A DNA stretch of 57,697 bases, filler included, from Jimgerdemannia flammicorona (Eukaryota), in NCBI GenBank assembly GCA_003990765.1. It is 3 parts of 3 records of this genome, joined end to end, with 100 filler letters (N's around TTAATTAATTAA, not from the genome) between each part and the next. Parts side by side here need not be neighbours in the genome. Positions count along the whole stretch, not along the records: positions 38,534 to 57,697 come from RBNJ01002010.1; 2 more parts are not named here. One strand, 5' to 3'. A program made the translations under genes and the position numbers. Shown piece after piece: positions 50,437-57,697 of this stretch. The notes below the pieces were generated by a model, which did not search any database, was not told where the DNA came from, and worked only from the letters and a program-made list of their open reading frames with translations. Positions within the stretch are counted from its first letter, which is position 1, and each line of letters starts with the position of its first letter.

Positions 50437-51750
50437 TGTGATGAACTAAGATATACCCGAATTATACCTTAGCCAGATGACATGAATATATAGCATAGTA
50501 ACCAGCAACCATTGCTGTGGAAACTGTATAAATAGTCAGACTATTAGATAAGGTATATCTGTGCAGAACCTATACACCTGTGCCAGATCTGCATACTTGT
50601 GCTGGACCTGCACAACTTGCTATAAGTAGCAAATCTATAGTTAGCCACATAGCAACCAGATAGAACCAACTTATATAAATTACCCCAGAGACAATAGTGA
50701 ATAAATCTTAGTCCGAAATTGAAGCAAAAGATAAGTCTGCCTACCATACTTCAAGAGGAACTCTATAGCTACTGCTAGGAGATTGTGAGCTTATTTCCCT
50801 ACTCCAGTCTACTTTCTGATACAAAGCTTGAAGATTTCACCACTAAGTTCAAGTAAAGAACTTTGCCACCTTTGGAATTATTGGTATACTTGCTAGACTA
50901 AGTCTGAAGAACCCACTGCTTAAGGAATAAGCTACATTATTGGTATACTTACCAGACTAAGCCTGAAGAATCCAAGTTTGCTACTAAGTTCAAGAAGAAC
51001 TTTACTGCCATTTCCAAGATATTTGTCACATTCCCAGAGAGTTCACCTTTCTTGCCACAAGTTAGTCTCTTGATGCAACTTCACAGTAATTCATTTGCAC
51101 AAATGAAGCCAGTCTAGATATAACTTACCAAAAATCTGAGTTAATTCCTAGTTGAAGCTGCCAATTCAGAAAGAATCTACACCATTGTATTTCCAGAAGA
51201 GCCTGATTCAGAAAGAGTCTGCATCATCTGAGTAGTATTCCCAGTTAAAGCCACCATTCATAAGAGGTCTGCTGATTCAGGAAGAATCCATAATATCTGA
51301 GTTATTCATTGTTCTCAGTGAGCCTGATTTGAAGAATCTGTCACTAGTACAATTCTCAGTAAGGAGATTGTCATGCTATATAAAGATTGATACACCAAGA
51401 CTGTTACCTAGAAATTGCATACTTTTAGAGATTGCCATCATTTAAGAAGAAAAACCACTAAATTGCCAGGCTATCATGCTATATACAAAATTCTACCAAT
51501 TTCCAGATTGACCCAAGAAAGAAACCCATTCACACAAATCATCACTATACCCAGAGAACCATTCTAATTAGGAAATTGACATATAAATCACTTGCAGATA
51601 TCTAGCTTTGATTATTATACTACTAAATACCAAGGACTTCAGGAATCTTAGAACATTTTGTTGCTTTTTGACAAAGTAACTAGGGGCTCAAGTCAAACTA
51701 CATCAATCCCCAACCTTGTAATTTGCCTCCATTGAGCTGGATATGTTATA
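50437..51750 (+). repeat. 3' LTR, family D (1314 bp)
   Basis: Direct repeat of 41537-42870; terminal CA mutated to TA. Confidence 0.95.
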
Positions 51751-53118
51751 ATATATATCACATCTTATATATATCATTGTTATTATTATATGCTATAATA
51801 AATATATCTATCACCTAGATCAATACTCTATAGATAGTTATAGAATAAATTCAATCTAATATCTATAGTAGTATTTAGTATTACAGATCTATTAGTATAC
51901 TTAGACCAGCTAAAGAGGAAGTTGACAGCTGTCTTATTACTTCTGATGATATTTCAGAAGTAGTATTATACTATTTATATTATAGCTATTGAGCTAATAC
52001 TAATTCTTAGAATGTTAAATACTATTTAAAAGAACTCTTTAGTTATAGAATACTTGCTCTTATATCTAGTATATTAGAGGAAACAAGTGAGTGTCTATTT
52101 ATCAATCTTGATATACTATCACTAGAAGGAAAAGAGTGGATAAAATATATATATATATGTAAATGAGTATTTAATAATACTATATATATCTTGGGATAGA
52201 AAAGTTTAGCTTGGATCTTTACTCATATCTTTTAGATAAACTTATACAAATAAGTACAAGATATCTCTAAGAGGTTTTAAATACAAATCTTATAAAGATA
52301 AGTAGAGTGATAATTTGGAATATGGTTTTATATAAAGTATATGAGTTTTTATTATACTATCTTTGAGAGCTACTTCTACTCTAGTAACTTTATATATTCT
52401 TTTTAATATATCTAGCTCAGTAGTAGATGTGATATCTTACAGAACTTTTATATATAATATAATATAATCTTGAGATACATAGTAGAGTATATAAAAAAAG
52501 AAGAATATATATATATATATACTTATAGGACCTAGTGAATAGTATTATATCTATTACTAAAGTTAGGCCAAGTGAGATACTATTACTAATATAGTCTATA
52601 AGAGATTGTAATATATCTGTTCTCTTAACTAAAGAAAGTCATATCACTACTATCTCTGAGTACTTTATATAGATAAATACTCATGCTTCTATAGATTACT
52701 ATTTATAGACTTAATGTCTATTGAGTTTATAATATTATATAGTTGAAAAAAATATATATATACTTATATATCTTTTACTTAAAATTTGTAATAATATATT
52801 CTTCTTTATACTAGTCACTATTGTAGATAATATATATCAGAATAAATCAAAATAATATATATAAAGTAAAAGTAACTTATAGCTCTATGAAGATAACTTT
52901 CTATAGACTAGATAAATATCTTTGACTCTTATCTCTTATAAGTTATATATATATATAGAAGAATATATAATTAAAGTAGTTAGTAGCTAGCAAACTATAC
53001 TCTATTATATAGTATAAGAAGTAGTAGTTTATAAGCAATACTATCTTATATATAATATTGCAGATCTATTTGATTACCATTAAGATCACTATCTGTAGAT
53101 CTGGAATTTATTATATAT

Positions 53119-56100
53119 TGTCATATAGTGGTCACTGAGTTCTTTAAATATATCAGATTCTCTTCAAGATGTATCTCTTAGACTAACTTAAGTTTGTTAT
53201 AAGTAAGTTCTTATTGGAGTATCTTTCTAAGATCTTATAGTCCTCAAACTTCTTATCTTTAAACTATCTTGTTATCTCTTTAGATTGCTTGCAAGGAAGT
53301 ATGTGTAAGTGAACTTGACTGACTTTATTTCAGAAGAAATAAGAAGGGTATTTATATAAAATATAATTCAATGATTGCTAAGATATAAAGCTTAATATAT
53401 ATAAATTCCAATAACTAATAAAATGCTAGAACACAGAAAACTATCAAGTTTCAGGGTTAGTACAGATGGTTGCACAGGTTCAGGATACTGGTATAATTTT
53501 AGTGATATAGGAAAATGGTACTGGAATAATTCTGAGTCACAAGGTCAGAATACTGGTAGAGGAACAGCTATTATATAGGAAAAAAATATTAATATAATTC
53601 AGTATAACTAAGGAACTTAGAGCAGAATGTTCAGGACCATGGGGGCTTCATTCTTATCATCACTATCCTCAAAAGAGATGAGGTCTATGAACATTTTGGT
53701 CTCATTGCATAGGTCACATATTTTGCATGCTTCACACATATTGTGTGGGATGACATCATCACTGATGATGTCATCATGTTCAGCAGTAGCAGGAATAAGA
53801 AGGTCTGGGGCTCTCCAGTTTATGAGGTTCTCTTCTGCAAAATAAGAAACAAATGTGAGGTCTTGGGGAGATCTAACCTGGATGCTTGGACCTTAGAATA
53901 CTGAGATCAATCCTTATAGGAATTGATCTAAGTTGTCCTGGAGGATGGGATGTTAGAAGTCTTCTACTTCATCACTATTGAAGATGATGGTGGACTGGAC
54001 TTCTGCAGTCACTCTGGCTTCTAGTATATTGATATGGTGGACTAACAGATCTCTGAAATCTGAGACTCTAACATACTCCAAGTTGGGGATTGACCATGAT
54101 ATATGTCTGAAGATCTGATGAATCTTCTTAGTTGTCCTTACTTCTTATATATCTATGAGAGTAGTATCTTATAACTCTTGGAGGCTGGCCTGTGGGAACT
54201 CCTGGCAGAGAAGGTTTTCTATTTCATACTCCTATCACATTTGGAGGCATTCAGTAGCAATGGTGATCCTTGTTTCCATTTCATAACAGTAGAGGATAAA
54301 GTGATAAGGATCTGCAGTATCCAGGTTGAGGCTAGGAGTCCTTCTTGTATGGGTCCTTATAGCTCTTCTGATGTCTTAGAATATCCTTTCTTCAACTGAG
54401 GTACCTTGGTGATTCCTTAATCTTGAGGTTTGGTGAGCAGCAGGCATTTCATTTGTAGTAAGTCTTTGAGCTATTTTTGGATTGGTGGGTCTTGTTGAGT
54501 TTCTGTTACTGCAGTTCCTTAATTCTTCTTTTATATTTCTCAAGATGCCTAAACTGTAGTTATAATAACTCATAGTTAGTTATCATTAGTCTGGGTGAGT
54601 TAAGCTATATAATCTTCTTGTGCTCCAAACTGGTGACTTACAAGAAAAGGCTGTCTCCTGTGCTGATGTCATCATTCTGAGATTACTGTTACATCTCTTC
54701 CTGAATAAGGATCTTCTTGAACATCCTTATTCATTAGTCTAGTTCTGAAAAATTTGCTAATCCTATAACCTCTGGCAAGAGGTTGAAAAGTGGTATTTAT
54801 GGGCTGATATCTTTCTTATATATTTTGGTATAATGGTGAAGGGTTACTCCCTTCATATAGAGCAAGGACCTGATTCTGATCTTGATCAATCAGTTGATAT
54901 TTCAAACTTCTCTGGCTTTGAAAGTCTCATAGATAAGTAGTTACTAGTACTGTATCTCTTAGAAAATGGTCCAGACAGATAGTCTACTAGTCATAGGATA
55001 TGCTGTTACAATTCATAGAATAGAACCTTGTGGGTGGTCATCACATTTTGCTTTTCTTGTATAGGTTCATGGTACTTCTTGAGTCTGTTCTTATGTACTA
55101 TAGTAGACAGTATGGTCTCTGAGATTTTTTTAAGCCAGAAGGTAGTTTCCTTGATATCTTACATATAGAAGAGTCCTTCCCATTTGGGCTCCAGTTTTCA
55201 TGACCATGAGGCTTCTACTATATTTTGATACAGTAGGACCTTTTTTCTGATTTGGATGGATTCTAGGGTCTTGTGATTCTTTTCTACATTCTTTCTCATC
55301 AGTGCTTGTGACTTGATGATATAATCTTCAGCCTTCTTCCTGATTTGGTGTAGTCTCTGGATTTCTGAGTCAATCCATCTCCAAGTTAGGTCTAGATTTG
55401 TGGCTGAGGTTCCATTAGAATATTCTTCTCTGAAGAGTAGTTCTCTTGGAGTAAAGTATATACTCTGTGACTGTATATCTTATAGGATAGAGAGAGCAGT
55501 TGAGAGATAATTATCCCAATTCTCATATGTGTCTGAGATCTTTGCCAGGATGTTTTTGAGGGTCTTGTTGGTTTTCTCTATCTGTCTATTTTCTTGAGAG
55601 TGGTATGTAGTAGTCTTGATGTGCTGAATCTTATATTTCTGATATATTATCTTGTGGAATCCATTGACAAATTCTGTGCCACAGTCTGTTGTGATTTGCT
55701 TTGATGTCTTATAGCAGTAGATGATTTCTTAGTGCAGGAAATCAGCTATAGAGAGGGCATTGGCTTCTTATAATGCTCCTGCTTCTATCTATTTGATAAA
55801 GAGGTCTACAATAACTATAATATAGTGGTTTTCTGATAGTGTTACTGGTAGTAGTCCAATGATATCTATTGTGATGTAATGGAAGGGGATAGGCTCAATT
55901 CTTGATGACCCAGATACCTGGTCTTGCTGATCTTATTTCTGTTTTTGATACTTGTCACACTCTTTGACAAATTTGCACAGGTCTTCTTCCATCTTGGGCC
56001 ACTATATAGTTCTTTTTGTCTTATCATATATATTGGTTCTTCCTAGGTATCCTTGTTCAAGTACTTCCTTCATTACTTGATACTTCTTATGTTTGAGTAT

Positions 56101-57684
56101 TACAAGCTTTTCTCCTTTTCTGAGTGTGGTGTTGTCTAGTTCAAACTGTTTCCAAGTCCAGTTGATGATGGTGATTGTCCAGGGTTCAAGGTAGTTGGGC
56201 ATCTTTCACTGCCCAAGATAGCTGATTAATCCATAGTATAACTCCTTATTTATATTGAATAGTCTTGATGGGGGTATTTCAGGATATCCTTGAGAGTGTA
56301 TCAGCATTAGTGTTGGTTCTCCCTGAGTAGTGCTTGACAGTACAGTCATACTCTTATAGTCTGTAGATCTATCTAATATATATTCCTTTGGGGTTCAGAG
56401 TATGGAACAGCTAGACAAGAGCAAAATGGTCTGTTTGAATAATGAAGTATTTTCTGACTAAATAGTAGTAGAACTTGTCTACTGCCCAAACTACTGCTAA
56501 GCATTTAAGCTTGCATAACTCATAGTTCTGTTCTGCTCCATAGGTACCTTGGCTTGCATAGGAGATGACATATTCATATCTATCTTTCTTCTGAGCTAGG
56601 ACTGCTTCAAGTTCTATAGCACTTACATCCATCTACAAGATGAACTCTAGGTTCCAATCTGGTCTCCTGAGGATAGGTACTTGGGTCAACCTGGTCTTAA
56701 GTTCATTGAAGGTTTTTTGGCATTTCTTGGTTCATTCAAATTTGGTTTCCTTCTTCAGTAGCTTATAGATAGGTGCTGTAATATTAGAGTATTCTTTGAT
56801 GAATCTTCTGTAATAGGAGGCCAGTCCAAGGAAGGCATGGACTTCTGTGGTTGTTCTGAGTCTTGAGTAGGCTGCAACAGCCTCAATCTTCATGGGGTCT
56901 GTGTAGATTCCAGTCTGGTTGATGAGGTGTCCTAGGTAGATGATTTCCTGAGCTATAAACTTATACTTCTTGGACTTGATATAGAGGTCATACTCTTTGA
57001 GCTTCTTGAAGGCTAGCTATATATGGTTGATATATTCCTATACAGTGTTGCTGAAGATAATCACATCATCAATATAGACAAAGAGCCATTTTTCAATCTT
57101 GTTACTGAAGACTCTGTTTATCATTCACTAAAAACTTACTTGGGCATTGCATATTCCAAATAGCATTTGCAGGTAGATATAGGTGGCATCAGGTGTGATG
57201 AAGGCTGATTTCTCACTAGAATCTTGAGTGAGACCAATCTGATAGAAGCCTGAGAACAGATCCAAGGTGGTGTAGTATTTGGCTTCACCTTCAAGAGTGG
57301 TAAGGATTTCTTGAATATTTGGCAAGGGCTGCCTATCCTTCTTGGTGATTGTATTGAGCTTCCTGTAGTCAATATAAAGTCTTAGTACAAACTCTCCAGA
57401 CTTGCTTTCTTTCTTCAGGGTAAGGACAATAGGTGAAGCCCAGGGACTGATAGCTTGCTTGATGATTCTGGCTTCTTTTATTTTCTTGAGTTCTGCTTAC
57501 AGCCATTCTCTGTAGACAGGTGATATAGGTCTGGCTTTCTGGTAGATGGGCTTAGTATCACTAGTATCAACTTTATGATAGTACTTGAGTTCTTGATTAT
57601 GGATATCCCTGAAGTCTGTAGCAAGTACTCCTTCATTCTGGTGCAGGATCTTGAGAAGTTATTCTTCCAGAGGAAAGTTTTCTC
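53119..57684 (-). mobile_element. Ty3/Gypsy family A copy 3: RT, RNase H, integrase, PPT, 3' LTR (53119-54693)
   Basis: RT/RH paralogous to 1206-2440. Integrase motifs FHYITIDIIGLLP, TDCGTEF, EGLFY. PPT AGGAAGAGA next to TGTAAC at 54693. Confidence 0.93.
53617..54447 (-). pseudogene. LTR-encoded accessory ORF, family A copy 3 (disrupted)
   Basis: MPAAHQTSRLRNHQGTSVEERIF*...; colinear with 39607-40443. Confidence 0.78.
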
Positions 57685-57697
57685 TTTTTTTTTTTTT

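Larger units (their letters stand above)
41537..51750 (+). mobile_element. Full-length Ty3/Gypsy element, family D (10.2 kb): LTR-PBS-gag-PR-Zn-finger spacer-dUTPase-RT-RH-IN-accessory ORF-PPT-LTR
   Basis: LTR pair at 41537-42870 and 50437-51750. ATAT flanks on both sides (4-bp TSD). All pol motifs present but disrupted by stops. Confidence 0.95.

Noticed and set aside
39146..54693. Pairing LTR A copies 2 and 3 as one element
   Set aside because: Both internal domains point outward (gag to the left of copy 2, PPT/integrase to the right of copy 3), so these are separate insertions.
57685..57697. Poly-T run interrupting family A pol at the window end
   Set aside because: Could be the tail of an antisense LINE insertion or a contig-end artefact; not resolvable from this window.

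Overview
Eukaryotic, most likely fungal, transposon graveyard. The host gene content suggests an early-diverging/Mucoromycota-type genome, but that is an inference. Two CpG-rich host islands (about 1-1205 and 9540-14088) hold one intact two-exon secreted GPI-anchored Cys-rich protein gene (10163-11106, minus strand), a frameshifted secreted ricin-B-like pseudogene and a TPR-repeat pseudogene. Everything else is nested, C-to-T hypermutated mobile DNA: several Ty3/Gypsy families (one full-length element at 41537-51750), a chromovirus, a Copia fragment, two L1/Tx1-type LINEs, a hAT transposase relic and two hAT MITEs. Two N-gaps with a TTAATTAATTAA linker break contiguity. The standout observation is an uncharacterised accessory protein family (about 265-300 codons in the LTR-borne copies) found in 8 copies. 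Its conserved core is W-x2-Y-x-I-G-x2-L ... A/K-x2-(V/I)-H-Q-I-F ... I-P-x-L ... L-S, followed by an acidic tail. It lies inside the U3 part of unusually long (1.5-2 kb) LTRs in at least three families, and at the env position just upstream of the 3' LTR in another. Two of these Gypsy families also carry a dUTPase between protease and RT.
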